DNA of 32,000 bases from Escherichia coli (lineage in GTDB: Bacteria; Pseudomonadota; Gammaproteobacteria; Enterobacterales; Enterobacteriaceae): assembly GCF_003018095.1 (NCBI RefSeq), contig NZ_CP027452.1; one strand, written 5' to 3'. The notes below the pieces were generated by a model, which worked only from the letters and a program-made list of their open reading frames with translations, searched no databases and was not told the origin of the DNA. A program made the translations under genes and the position numbers. Below, in pieces: positions 19,740 through 29,315 of the stretch; within the stretch, counting starts at the first letter, position 1, and each line of letters begins with the position of its first letter.

Positions 19740-21173
19740 TTATTTCTTCAATTCAGCCAGAACCTCTGCGTCCTCAGCATCAACATTTGCACCCAGTGGT
19801 TCCCAATTAATCAATACACAGGTTAGGAATCCCAGGAATGGCACGATTGCCAACCAGTAAAACGCTTCAGTTTTCAACGCACCCCACAGCATCGGCCAGA
19901 AAATGAGTCCTGCAATTGCCCCTGTGCGCATAATAGCGCGGGCAAATCCGACCCCAGTAGGGCGAATAGCGGGAGGATAAGAGAGTGTGGCAATGGTCAT
20001 GCCCAGCCCACCAGGACCCGCTGAATGGAAGAAAATAATTGATCCCAATAACCCTAAAGACAGCCAAGGATTAGTCGTTGCCAGTGCGCCTAACGACAGC
20101 AATGCTAAGGTCACAACAGCAAATCCATACATCGACTGTCGGCGAGTACCCAGTCGTTGGAGAATAAACGAGCCGATCATCCCACCAGTCACCCCACAAA
20201 GGGCATTTACGACAGCAGAACCTGTCAACGCGCCAGTAAGCCCTCCACTTATTATTCCCGCCAACGTAAGAGGAAGATAAACGCCTACGGCGTTATATTG
20301 CCACGCCTGCATGGTTGCCACGACACAGCCAAGGATGGTGCGTTTGCGGTAACGATCATTAAATAAGATGCCATATCCACCACTGTATTTATTCTCTGCT
20401 TTTTCCGAGAATTTCGCTTCTGTTGTACCCGATGCCGCAACGCGAGCCTGAACACCATAACGTTTTCCCAGAATGTCGCACGCTTCCTGGTAACGCCCGA
20501 CGCGTGCGGCCCACATTGCGGATTCACCAATAAAGAAGTAACGCAAAATCATGAAGATGACTGCAAAAATAGCTCCGATGAATATTCCGTAACGCCACAA
20601 TTGTTCTTCAGCGATACCCGACAGAAGCAGCGGCAAAAGCACCAAATAAACAACGGTTGTCGAAACATACCAGGCCATTTGCCAGAGGTTGACCGACGTT
20701 CCGGTTTTCTTCGACGTTGAACCACGAAGCTCTGCCACGGCATTGGTTGCCAAAGGGAAGTCGATGCCTAAACCAAAGCCCATGATGACGCGGCACACCA
20801 GCACCCACCAGATACTGGGAGCAATAGCTACCGCTGCAGCACCGATGGTGCACAGCCCCATGCCAATAATAAATGCCCGCTTTTGCCCAAAGCGGTTTAT
20901 TACTCGGTTCGCTAATAAACCGCCAATTAACGCGGCGATTAATACTGATGCATTGACGGTTGCAGCAAGACCCGGCGAAATGCCGAATTGAGCGGCAATG
21001 TATTTATTACCAAACCCCACCATCGCCGCCTGGTAGGCATCAATCAATATGCCGCCCAAAGCAATAAAAATAACGCCGATACTGGTGTTGATTGCAGAGT
21101 TCTTATTAACAATATCAATTACGTCCTGTGGCCGACTAATTGAATAAGTTGCAGGACTGGTGATTTGACTCAT
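19740..21173 (-). CDS. MFS transporter, sugar/organic acid porter type
   Basis: 477 aa; 12-TM pattern, NRFGQKRAFIIGMG, RVIMGFGLGIDFPLATNAVAELRG, and a central loop. Confidence 0.85.
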   Translation of the reverse strand: MSQITSPATYSISRPQDVIDIVNKNSAINTSIGVIFIALGGILIDAYQAAMVGFGNKYIAAQFGISPGLAATVNASVLIAALIGGLLANRVINRFGQKRAFIIGMGLCTIGAAAVAIAPSIWWVLVCRVIMGFGLGIDFPLATNAVAELRGSTSKKTGTSVNLWQMAWYVSTTVVYLVLLPLLLSGIAEEQLWRYGIFIGAIFAVIFMILRYFFIGESAMWAARVGRYQEACDILGKRYGVQARVAASGTTEAKFSEKAENKYSGGYGILFNDRYRKRTILGCVVATMQAWQYNAVGVYLPLTLAGIISGGLTGALTGSAVVNALCGVTGGMIGSFILQRLGTRRQSMYGFAVVTLALLSLGALATTNPWLSLGLLGSIIFFHSAGPGGLGMTIATLSYPPAIRPTGVGFARAIMRTGAIAGLIFWPMLWGALKTEAFYWLAIVPFLGFLTCVLINWEPLGANVDAEDAEVLAELKK

Positions 21174-21242
21174 CGCAGTGTCCTTTTTAATTGTTGTAGG
21201 GTGGCGCTGACGTGACGCAGCGCCAGACAGAGATTTAGAAAA

Positions 21243-22253
21243 TCATTCCGGCGCAAATTGCAGCATGACCTTTATGGAGTCATTTTGCTGCGCGCGTTCG
21301 AATGCCGCCGCTGCATCCTCAATGGCAAATAAATCGGTAACCAGTTCACTGGTATCAAACCGCCCATCCGCCAGCCATTCGATAACAGCATCGAAATCTT
21401 CGGGGATGTACATGCCAGAGTTGAGCAAGTCACGCTCGAAACGTTGCATCATCGGTAATGGTATTTCACGCGGCCCACTTGGTACGCCCATGCACACGAC
21501 GGTGCCTCCGGCATATACACGGGTACATGCATCGTTAAGCGTGGCCTGCGCTGCAACGACATCAATCGCCCCCGTAAATCGCACATCTGCGGCCAGCTCA
21601 CCTGGTGCCCAAACTTCTGCTGCGCCCAGCTTTAACGCCAGCGCGCGTTTGGCAGCGTCAGGTTCAATCACGGTAATCTTACCTGCCCCCATAATGCGCA
21701 GTGCCTGCACGATGGATAAGCCTATCGTTCCGGCACCAATCACCAGTACGCTTTCCAGAGAAGCTTTCGGCATTCGGTTAACGCAGTGACGAGCACAAGC
21801 CGCCGGTTCGGCAAAGGCCAACACTTTTAGCGGTAAAGAGGCTGGTGCGACATGGCAATTACGCGCAGGAACAATGTGTTGTGAGCGAGCAAAGCCCGGT
21901 GCGCGAAAACCAGCAACCTGCGGTGGTTCACAAAGATTAAAACGTCCTGCTTTGCAGGCTCGGCATTCCATGCAAGCCATGATGGGATCGACCACAACAT
22001 GATCGCCCGGCTGTACATTTTTAACGTCGCTGCCCACTTCCGTAACGCGCGCTGCAATTTCATGACCGGGGACGACAGGCGGTTTGGCAAACGGATGACC
22101 GCCTTTCAGAACATGCAGATCCGAACCGCATATCCCGTAGAACACGGGCGCAATCCGTACTTCGTGCGGTTTAAGTTGCTGGTGTGGTACTTCAACATAT
22201 TGAGTGGTGACTTTCCCAATATCTGAAAATAAAACCTGGGTAATTTTATCCAT
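21243..22253 (-). CDS. medium-chain Zn-dependent dehydrogenase (polyol/alcohol/aldonate dehydrogenase type)
   Basis: 336 aa; YGICGSDLHVLKG, GHEIAARV, structural-zinc CMECRACKAGRFNLC, Rossmann VLVIGAGTIGLSIVQ. Confidence 0.88.
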   Translation of the reverse strand: MDKITQVLFSDIGKVTTQYVEVPHQQLKPHEVRIAPVFYGICGSDLHVLKGGHPFAKPPVVPGHEIAARVTEVGSDVKNVQPGDHVVVDPIMACMECRACKAGRFNLCEPPQVAGFRAPGFARSQHIVPARNCHVAPASLPLKVLAFAEPAACARHCVNRMPKASLESVLVIGAGTIGLSIVQALRIMGAGKITVIEPDAAKRALALKLGAAEVWAPGELAADVRFTGAIDVVAAQATLNDACTRVYAGGTVVCMGVPSGPREIPLPMMQRFERDLLNSGMYIPEDFDAVIEWLADGRFDTSELVTDLFAIEDAAAAFERAQQNDSIKVMLQFAPE

Positions 22254-22285
22254 TGTTATTCTCCAGAATCGATATCCATAGGGGA

Positions 22286-23173
22286 TTAGCGTTGCGCGAT
22301 ACCTTCATCGACAATTTCAGCCAGCCGTTGCAAGCGTGGAACGGAGACATCGCGCAGCATGGTTTGTGGATCTTGTGCACCAACAACCGACGCCCAAACC
22401 GCTCGTCCAGCCAGGAAGCCCGACGCACCACCTTTCATGGCAATACTTACTGCACGGCCAAAAATATCGGCATCAACGCCAGAAGAAAGAATTACCCACG
22501 GCATCTTCATCTGATCGTTAAGTTGCTGACAGGCGGCAAGTAAGGTTTTTTCATCGCCTTTGCCCCCTAATGGCATCTCGGCTTTGTAAAGATCAGCCTC
22601 TGTTCCACCAAGCTCTGCGGCGGCGGCAACAATGGCGCTTTCACGATCAAAGTCCCAACCGCGACGAGGTGGACGCACCACAGGTTCAATAATGCTAACC
22701 AGCCCGGCACTACGGCAGCGACGAACAAATTTATCAACCATTGCCAGACGTTCCTCTGCGGGTTCATCTTCACGCCAGAGTACAAGTAATTTCATTGCCT
22801 TAGCCCCCATTTCACGGGCTTTATGCGGGTCGACGGACATATCTATTTCAACGCTATCAACCGGGATGCCATTACCTGGGATAAAAAGATCGGCAGCGAC
22901 AATCAGGCCGCAAGAATTAGCCACAGCGCCCTGCTCGACTATTTGTTCAAGACAAAATTGTTTATCCGCCAGAACGGCAGAAGCATAAGGAGAAAGGATT
23001 CGGGTCGCGGCAACTTTAAAATCGGTGAGTACACTGTCGGCGATGGGTTTTGGCTGCCCTGCTGCCGCAAACATCAGGCGCATGGCCTCACGCTGATCGA
23101 CAGCTAACATGGCGAATCCACCACCTGGGCGGGAGATATCTTTCAGCGTAAATGGGGTGAAGTGGGATGACAT
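22286..23173 (-). CDS. YihT-like/LacD-like class I aldolase
   Basis: 295 aa; [29 protein letters not shown]..., [48 protein letters not shown]; closely resembles recalled K-12 YihT but is clearly divergent. Confidence 0.85.
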   Translation of the reverse strand: MSSHFTPFTLKDISRPGGGFAMLAVDQREAMRLMFAAAGQPKPIADSVLTDFKVAATRILSPYASAVLADKQFCLEQIVEQGAVANSCGLIVAADLFIPGNGIPVDSVEIDMSVDPHKAREMGAKAMKLLVLWREDEPAEERLAMVDKFVRRCRSAGLVSIIEPVVRPPRRGWDFDRESAIVAAAAELGGTEADLYKAEMPLGGKGDEKTLLAACQQLNDQMKMPWVILSSGVDADIFGRAVSIAMKGGASGFLAGRAVWASVVGAQDPQTMLRDVSVPRLQRLAEIVDEGIAQR

Positions 23174-23197
23174 AGAAACTCCTGTTAATAGATAAAA

Positions 23198-24076
23198 TTA
23201 AAGACCAGCCTGCTGGCGAACCTGATTTAGCAGGGCACTCCAATCCTGCCGCCCTTTGCCGTCTTGACTTGCTGCGGCGTAATAACTTTCTGCTGCAATC
23301 CCCATATTGAGCGGTGCCCCCGTCTCCCGAGCGACGTCAACTGCAATACGCAGATCTTTCAACGCCAGATCCACCATGAAGGCGGGTGAAAGATCGCCTT
23401 TCAGCACTTTGCCAGGCCAGGTGGTCGTAAAATGTCCTTTCCCTGCTGCCGTACCACTCATCACCTTAATTGCGACATCAAGATTTAATCCCAGTGACTC
23501 ACATAACACAGCGGCCTCGGAGGACAGCGCATTAAGCGCAATGCTCATATAGTTGTTAATTAGCTTCACGCGGATCCCCATTCCTGGGCCGCCAGCCTCG
23601 ACCAGCTCATTACCCATGCACATGAGAATCGGGCGTGCACGTGCAATCTGCTCATCAGTGCCACCCGCTAAAATCAGCAATGTGCCATCAATCGCATTCA
23701 CGGACGTTCTGCCCACGGGAGCGTCCATCATACTGATGCCTTTTTCTTGTAACTCCCGTATTAATGCATCGGTCTGTAAGGGATGAATAGTCGACATATC
23801 AATCAATAACGCGTCAGATGAAACAGCCTCACAGACGCCTTTTTCCCCCAACAGAACCTGTCGAACAATGTCACCATTGGGAAGCATAGTGATGATAAAT
23901 TCAGCGCCTGCTGCTGCTTCCGCTGGGGTTTGTGCCGCAGTGGCCCCCTGCGTAACTAGCACATCGACGGCCTGTGCATTGACATCAAATACCTGCAATG
24001 AATGCCCTTTTTGCAATAGATTGTTAGCCATTGGGCTACCCATCTGCCCCAGCCCGAGAAATGCAATGGTTGCCAT
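23198..24076 (-). CDS. YihU-like NAD(P)-dependent short aldehyde/3-hydroxy-acid reductase (3-hydroxyisobutyrate dehydrogenase family)
   Basis: [32 protein letters not shown]...; start ATG at 24074-24076, 292 aa. The 24277 start in the track is spurious. Confidence 0.87.
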   Translation of the reverse strand: MATIAFLGLGQMGSPMANNLLQKGHSLQVFDVNAQAVDVLVTQGATAAQTPAEAAAGAEFIITMLPNGDIVRQVLLGEKGVCEAVSSDALLIDMSTIHPLQTDALIRELQEKGISMMDAPVGRTSVNAIDGTLLILAGGTDEQIARARPILMCMGNELVEAGGPGMGIRVKLINNYMSIALNALSSEAAVLCESLGLNLDVAIKVMSGTAAGKGHFTTTWPGKVLKGDLSPAFMVDLALKDLRIAVDVARETGAPLNMGIAAESYYAAASQDGKGRQDWSALLNQVRQQAGL

Positions 24077-24133
24077 GAATACTCTCCTGTCTGACATTGA
24101 CAAAATAATGACAATTGAAAATTCGTTTTCGTC

Positions 24134-24170
24134 TGTTTTTGAGCATATTTGTAATTTATGTTCAAAAACA
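24134..24170. promoter_or_regulatory. candidate regulator operator in the divergent intergenic region
   Basis: TGTTTTTGAGCAT...ATGTTCAAAAACA, 13-bp arms with one mismatch, centred between the divergent YihU-like and YihV-like genes. Confidence 0.5.
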
Positions 24171-24248
24171 CGACACTCATCACTAATTTGATCATTTGTG
24201 TCATTTAAATTGACCAAAGACGACAAAATTAAACAGGACAAGACAAAT

Positions 24249-25146
24249 ATGACCAGAATTGCATGCGTGGGTATCACAGTTCAGGACAGGATTTATTCTT
24301 TGCCCACTCTGCCGGAGGGCGGCGGGAAGTATCAGGCAAATCATTATCTTGAGATTGGTGGCGGCCCGGCAGCAACAGCCGCTGTTGCAATCGCAAAGCT
24401 TGGCGTGGAGGTTGATTTCATCGGTCGCGTCGGCGATGACAGTTGTGGAAATACCTTACTTGCAGAACTTGAGGGTTGGGGCGTCAATACCGCATTTTGC
24501 CGCCGATATCCTAACGCCCGTTCGTCGCAATCAGCGATCCTCGTTGATCAGCATGGCGAACGGATTATCGTTAATTATCCAAGTCCTGATCTCGGTACTG
24601 ATGCCGAATGGTTAGAAGCGATCGATTTCTCTCGTTATGATCTGATTCTGGCCGATGTTCGCTGGCATAGCGGTACTGAAAAAGCATTCTCGCTAGCGCG
24701 CCTTGCGGGTGTGACAACGCTTTTAGACGCCGATATGACACCGCAGGATATTTCTCCACTTGTCGCGCTTGCCGATCACGCCGTGTTCTCAACACCAGGG
24801 CTGAAACGCATGACTGGCCTGCAGTCACCTGAAGAAGGTTTGTTCCAGGCAACGACACAAACAGCAGGTAAAGTGTATGTTACGCTGGGTTCTGAAGGAT
24901 CGTTGTGGATTGAAGATGGTCATTTGTGTCAACAGGAGGCATTTTCTGTCAATGTGGTTGATACCACTGGAGCAGGCGATGTTTTTCACGGCGCACTCGC
25001 GGTAGCGTTGGCAGAAAAAAATGCCAACAAAAGAGGCTATTCGTTTTGCCAGTGCGGTTGCCGCGATGAAATGTACCCAGCCTGGCGGTCGGGCCGGCAT
25101 TCCTAATCGTGAGCAAACCGAATCATTTTTGTCACTTTATGCGTAA
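24249..25146 (+). pseudogene. YihV-like PfkB-family sugar kinase with +1 A frameshift near the C-terminus
   Basis: [52 protein letters not shown]..., DTTGAGDVFHGALAVALAEK then frameshift. The alternate frame reads KMPTKEAIRFASAVAAMKCTQPGGRAGIPNREQTESFLSLYA*. Span 898 nt = 299 codons + 1. Confidence 0.85.
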
Positions 25147-25185
25147 AATGGTAAACATCTACCGAGGAGGGGCAAGGGAGTATTC

Positions 25186-25973
25186 ATGAGTATCATCGAA
25201 GTGACAGGTAATCCACGCCATGACCAACTCGTTCATCTAATCGCAGAACGCGGTTATATGAATATTGAAGAACTGGCACAACTGCTGGATGTTTCAACGC
25301 AAACCGTGCGCCGGGATATCCGAAAACTCAGTGAGCAGGGCTTGATCACCCGTCATCATGGAGGGGCCGGGCGCGTCTCCAGCGTCATGAATACCGCTTT
25401 TGAGCAACGGGAACTTTCGCTCACCGCCGAGAAACGGGCGATCGCTGAGGCAGTCGCCGATTACCTTCCGAACGCTGTACCGTCTTTATCACCATCGGTA
25501 CAACCGTAGAAGCCGTTGCCAGGGCATTACTCAACCGGCGTGATTTACGCATTATCACTAACAGCCTACGTGTGGCACAGATCCTTTATAAGAATCAGGA
25601 TATTGAAGTGATGGTGCCGGGAGGCACTTTACGCGCTCATAACGGCGGGATTATCGGCCCAGGAGCCGTGGATTTTATTGAAGGCTTCCGCGCAGATTAT
25701 TTAATCACCAGTATAGGTGCCATTGAACATGACGGCACCCTGCTGGAATTTGATGTCAATGAAGCGTTAGTCGCGAGAACGATGATTAAACATGCGCGGA
25801 ATACATTGTTAGTGGCCGATCATACGAAGTTTGCCGCGTCTGCTGCCGTTTCAATTGGCAATGCACGGAATGTCAGGGCTTTTTTTACTGATGCCCCGCC
25901 TCCCAATTCTTTCTGCCAGTTGTTAAGTGAAGAGAATGTTGAACTGGTGGTTGCCGAGCAAGAAGTATCCTGA
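25186..25973 (+). pseudogene. YihW-like DeoR-family regulator with -1 frameshift
   Basis: N-terminal DeoR HTH (MNIEELAQLLDVSTQTVRRDIRKLSEQGLITRHHGGA) in ORF 25186..25509, then TVFITIGTTVEAVARALLNRRDLRIITNSLRVAQILYKNQDIEVMVPGGTLRAHNGG... in the shifted frame to 25973; span 788 nt = 263 codons - 1. Confidence 0.87.
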
Positions 25974-26032
25974 AATTGAAATTTCGGTTGATACGGTTTT
26001 CGTTGGCCGGATTAAGCACATCCGGCCATTAA

Positions 26033-27298
26033 TCAAGCTTCAGCCGCCAGCATCTCTTTCTTACGTTGGCTAATACGCTTAACCAGCATTACGGAAACCA
26101 CCGCACCACAGAATGCGAAGCAGGCCATAATGCCAAACACAATTTTGTAGCCAATAATCCCCGGATTTAAATCCAGAATGTAGCCATACAGACTGAAGCA
26201 GAACATCGCCGGGGCGTAACCAATAAAGCTACCCAACGCCATCGCCGCGCCTGTTTTATTTTCAGCAATTTTTGCTTCGCCGATAGGTGCAAAAAATACG
26301 GCTCGCTGTGTAAAGACTATAGCGCCAAAGCCCAGCGTACATGCCATCCCTAAATAAACCGGCATACTTTCGTGCGGCAGCATAATCAACAGTACGAGCG
26401 CAGCGGTACTGATGATAAAGGTGTAGCATAGATATTTACTCGGCGATTTCAGGATCTTATCTGAAATCATGCCACCAATCGGTCCACCAATCATTTTCAG
26501 ACAGTATTGGTTAATGATGCCGTAAGCCCCCACCAGCGCAACGGGCAATAGATAGATGTTTTTCAGGAATGGAATGAAGAATGTCAGGCCACAGTAAACC
26601 GCGTAAACGAAGAAGACGTTGAAAGCGATAAGCCAGATAGTTTTGTCTTTCAGCACCGAGGTCATACTGGTGTTTTTCGATGCTCCGTCTTCTTTTTTCA
26701 CCTCAACGGACGGTGCCTCTTCTTTGTCATTCAGAACAAAGAAAATGATAATGCCTACGGCAATCACAATAAGGGAATAGAACCAGATGCCTGCTTTAAA
26801 ACCCAATAAGCCACTGCCAAACCAGGTAAATACTGCCAACGCAGAAAATGCCACCACGGTATCGACAATGCCACGCCCTGTTTCGAAGAAGCCAAACAAC
26901 CGACCTTGTTGTTCGCTATTGCCCAATCGACTTACCGACTTGAGCAAGACCGGCCAGTTCATCATGTCGCAAGTAACGCCAAATAGCGCCCAGACAAAGA
27001 GGATGCCCCAATACCCCGGCATTGTCGTCAAATAAACACCCAGTAATCCTGTCGCAATGAGTGAGAATGACATGGTGTATCTGCGCGGTAGTTTATCGGC
27101 AAAATAAATAGACAGAAAAAAGCCCACTGTGGTGACAAATGAGTTTACCGACATAGCATTACCAATTTGACCATTGGTCAAATGGAAATATTCCTGCATC
27201 GGGATATAAAACGCATCTTTCAGAGACGGTAATTTATAAATTGTACCGCCACACAATGTTAATAGACTAAATAACGCCCATTTCTTTTTCGTGAGCAT
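26033..27298 (-). CDS. yihN: MFS transporter YihN
   Basis: 421 aa, MLTKKKWALFSLLTLCGGTIYKLPSLKDAFYIPMQEYFHLTNGQIGNAMSVNSF...; position next to yihM. Confidence 0.9.
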   Translation of the reverse strand: MLTKKKWALFSLLTLCGGTIYKLPSLKDAFYIPMQEYFHLTNGQIGNAMSVNSFVTTVGFFLSIYFADKLPRRYTMSFSLIATGLLGVYLTTMPGYWGILFVWALFGVTCDMMNWPVLLKSVSRLGNSEQQGRLFGFFETGRGIVDTVVAFSALAVFTWFGSGLLGFKAGIWFYSLIVIAVGIIIFFVLNDKEEAPSVEVKKEDGASKNTSMTSVLKDKTIWLIAFNVFFVYAVYCGLTFFIPFLKNIYLLPVALVGAYGIINQYCLKMIGGPIGGMISDKILKSPSKYLCYTFIISTAALVLLIMLPHESMPVYLGMACTLGFGAIVFTQRAVFFAPIGEAKIAENKTGAAMALGSFIGYAPAMFCFSLYGYILDLNPGIIGYKIVFGIMACFAFCGAVVSVMLVKRISQRKKEMLAAEA

Positions 27299-27399
27299 AA
27301 AATCCCCTAAGCGATTTTTAAAATCACTGTTTTAAAGGCAATAAGATACCGACCATTCATATGGAATGGTTTTATTAACAGCGTATGAGTTAAAACTTA

Positions 27400-28380
27400 T
27401 TAGTTGTTCAGAAGATGGTTTGCCTCTTGTTTGATTTGTTGTAGTACATTACGCACATGATTTATCTGATTAATTGCATCTTCTTTTTCTTTACGTAACC
27501 GCGCATCCAATAAATGATTTTCTGGTAGGGGTGTTTCACTCATCTGGCGATAAGGGATCCACGGATTATCATCTTCGTCTTCAAAGCGGAACGCCGGCGC
27601 ATAGTAATCAACCTCTTCTTCCAGGCCATATGCCGTCACCTGCGGCTCATCATCACCCAGGCAGATAAGGTGCGTTAATAACGCTTTGAACGGCATATCA
27701 CCCTGACCTGAAATACAGGCTTTATGACCCAGGCCACCCTCTTCTTTAACGATCAAGGCATCTTTGATATGGACCTGGGTAATATGCGGTGCCATCGTTT
27801 TTAAAGCGTCGATGGGATGCTCATTTGCATTGATCATGTTCGCAAAATCAAACAGTAAGGAAAGAGATTCCATCTCACTTTCTTTGACCAGCGACACCAG
27901 CTCATGGCTTTTTAAATCTTCATGCTGTTCGATCGTAAAAGTCAGGCCGCTGTCCTGATACGTTTCCCGTACATAGGCAATGTCGTTAGCGATGATCGAT
28001 AATACGTCGCGCAAATTACCTTCATAACGTGGATAAAAACGTACGGACGATGCCCCAGTTTTCAACGCAATGGCGACGGCTTCGTCAATAGATGCCTTAT
28101 CTGAAGCGCTGGTTTCAATATGAATATCAAGGTTCAGACGGCGGGCTTTATCCCCAAAGGCAGAGAGTTCTTTATCGTCCATATTACCAAGAGAAAAACG
28201 CTCGCCATCCAGAACATGGATTTTGACGCCACGTAGATTATTTTCACTTGCGATATCAAGTAAATCAGCAGGCAACACTCTTTCCAGCCGCATATTTAAA
28301 TGAAAGGCATAAGCATGTAAATAAAGAGGAAGAGTGTCGACACGTTGTAGAATCTTTCTTGCGTTATTTATTGTCACCAT
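27400..28380 (-). CDS. yihM: xylose isomerase-like TIM-barrel protein YihM
   Basis: 326 aa, MVTINNARKILQRVDTLPLYLHAYAFHLNMRLERVLP...; TIM-barrel epimerase-like pattern, context. Confidence 0.9.
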   Translation of the reverse strand: MVTINNARKILQRVDTLPLYLHAYAFHLNMRLERVLPADLLDIASENNLRGVKIHVLDGERFSLGNMDDKELSAFGDKARRLNLDIHIETSASDKASIDEAVAIALKTGASSVRFYPRYEGNLRDVLSIIANDIAYVRETYQDSGLTFTIEQHEDLKSHELVSLVKESEMESLSLLFDFANMINANEHPIDALKTMAPHITQVHIKDALIVKEEGGLGHKACISGQGDMPFKALLTHLICLGDDEPQVTAYGLEEEVDYYAPAFRFEDEDDNPWIPYRQMSETPLPENHLLDARLRKEKEDAINQINHVRNVLQQIKQEANHLLNN

Positions 28381-28387
28381 AAAACAC

Positions 28388-29098
28388 CTACAGATTAATG
28401 ATGAGGTCTACGGCCTCAAATCGCCAATATTCAATATCTATCTGGACAATATTGCCTTGCTGGTCGGCGCGATGCTTTTCAATTAAGATCGCTGGCATAC
28501 CCGCAGAACCGCCAAGATACTTGCTGATATCGCCCGGCATTCTGACGGGTTTGAAAATCAATTTTTTTACTACCGTCTCTTTTTGGTAGCACTTTTCCCA
28601 GACTGCAGAAAATGAGTGGTTTTCAAGTTGTTCAATAAAACCCGGAGCAACTTCAGGATTAATATATGTTTCGTGATAGAAAACTTTATGTCCTTCCAGC
28701 GCCCCCCAGCCGGTGATGCGATAGAGTTCAGTTGATGGTGTCACTGCAATCAGTGGCGCGAGCGTCTCGGGAATATCGCTGGTACGGTTTTTCTCGGTAA
28801 ACCCCCAGGAAGGCTCTCGTCCTTGCTCAATTGCGGCCCGCTGAAAGCTCGCTGACAGCTCCGGACTGTAATTAAATCGCGGCTGGGTCACGAACCACCC
28901 CTTACGATCCTTACGGAAGATTTTGGATTCTGCCTCGAGGTTCAACAACGCCTGGCGCAGCGTCATACGTTTAATGCCCAGCAGTTCTCCCAGCTCTCTT
29001 TCTGAAGGGAGTTTTCCACCCGGCGTGGTGATGCCATCTTTCAACCACCGATCCAGTTTCTCTTTTGCATTTTCTACGGTGGATTGATTCTCCGCCAT
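28388..29098 (-). CDS. yihL: GntR-family transcriptional regulator YihL
   Basis: 236 aa, LPSERELGELLGIKRMTLRQALLNLEAESKIFRKDRKGWFV (wHTH GntR) plus UTRA-like domain. Confidence 0.92.
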   Translation of the reverse strand: MAENQSTVENAKEKLDRWLKDGITTPGGKLPSERELGELLGIKRMTLRQALLNLEAESKIFRKDRKGWFVTQPRFNYSPELSASFQRAAIEQGREPSWGFTEKNRTSDIPETLAPLIAVTPSTELYRITGWGALEGHKVFYHETYINPEVAPGFIEQLENHSFSAVWEKCYQKETVVKKLIFKPVRMPGDISKYLGGSAGMPAILIEKHRADQQGNIVQIDIEYWRFEAVDLIINL

Positions 29099-29268
29099 TG
29101 TTTAATCCTTTTGGTTTAAACCAGATGAGGCATCTTACGCTTACGCCAAAAAAGAAAGCAATTAACGGCGTATGACTTTGCAGATAATTGTGACAAAGCT
29201 CTCTATTGACGTAATCACAGACTTATAAGGGAGATACTCGCATTGGTGTGCGCTCACGACAGGTAAAA

Positions 29269-29298
29269 AAAAAACCTGCCAGCGATGGCAGGTTTTTT
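29269..29298 (-). terminator. intrinsic terminator downstream of bipA
   Basis: AAAAAACCTGCCA-GCGA-TGGCAGGTTTTTT with further A/T tract. Confidence 0.85.
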
Positions 29299-29315
29299 AT
29301 GACTGAAAAGCGAAA

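Noticed and set aside
26033-29098. yihN-yihM-yihL considered as part of the novel cluster
   Set aside because: These appear to be the normal neighbours also present in K-12, with their own GntR regulator; a functional link is possible but unsupported by the sequence.
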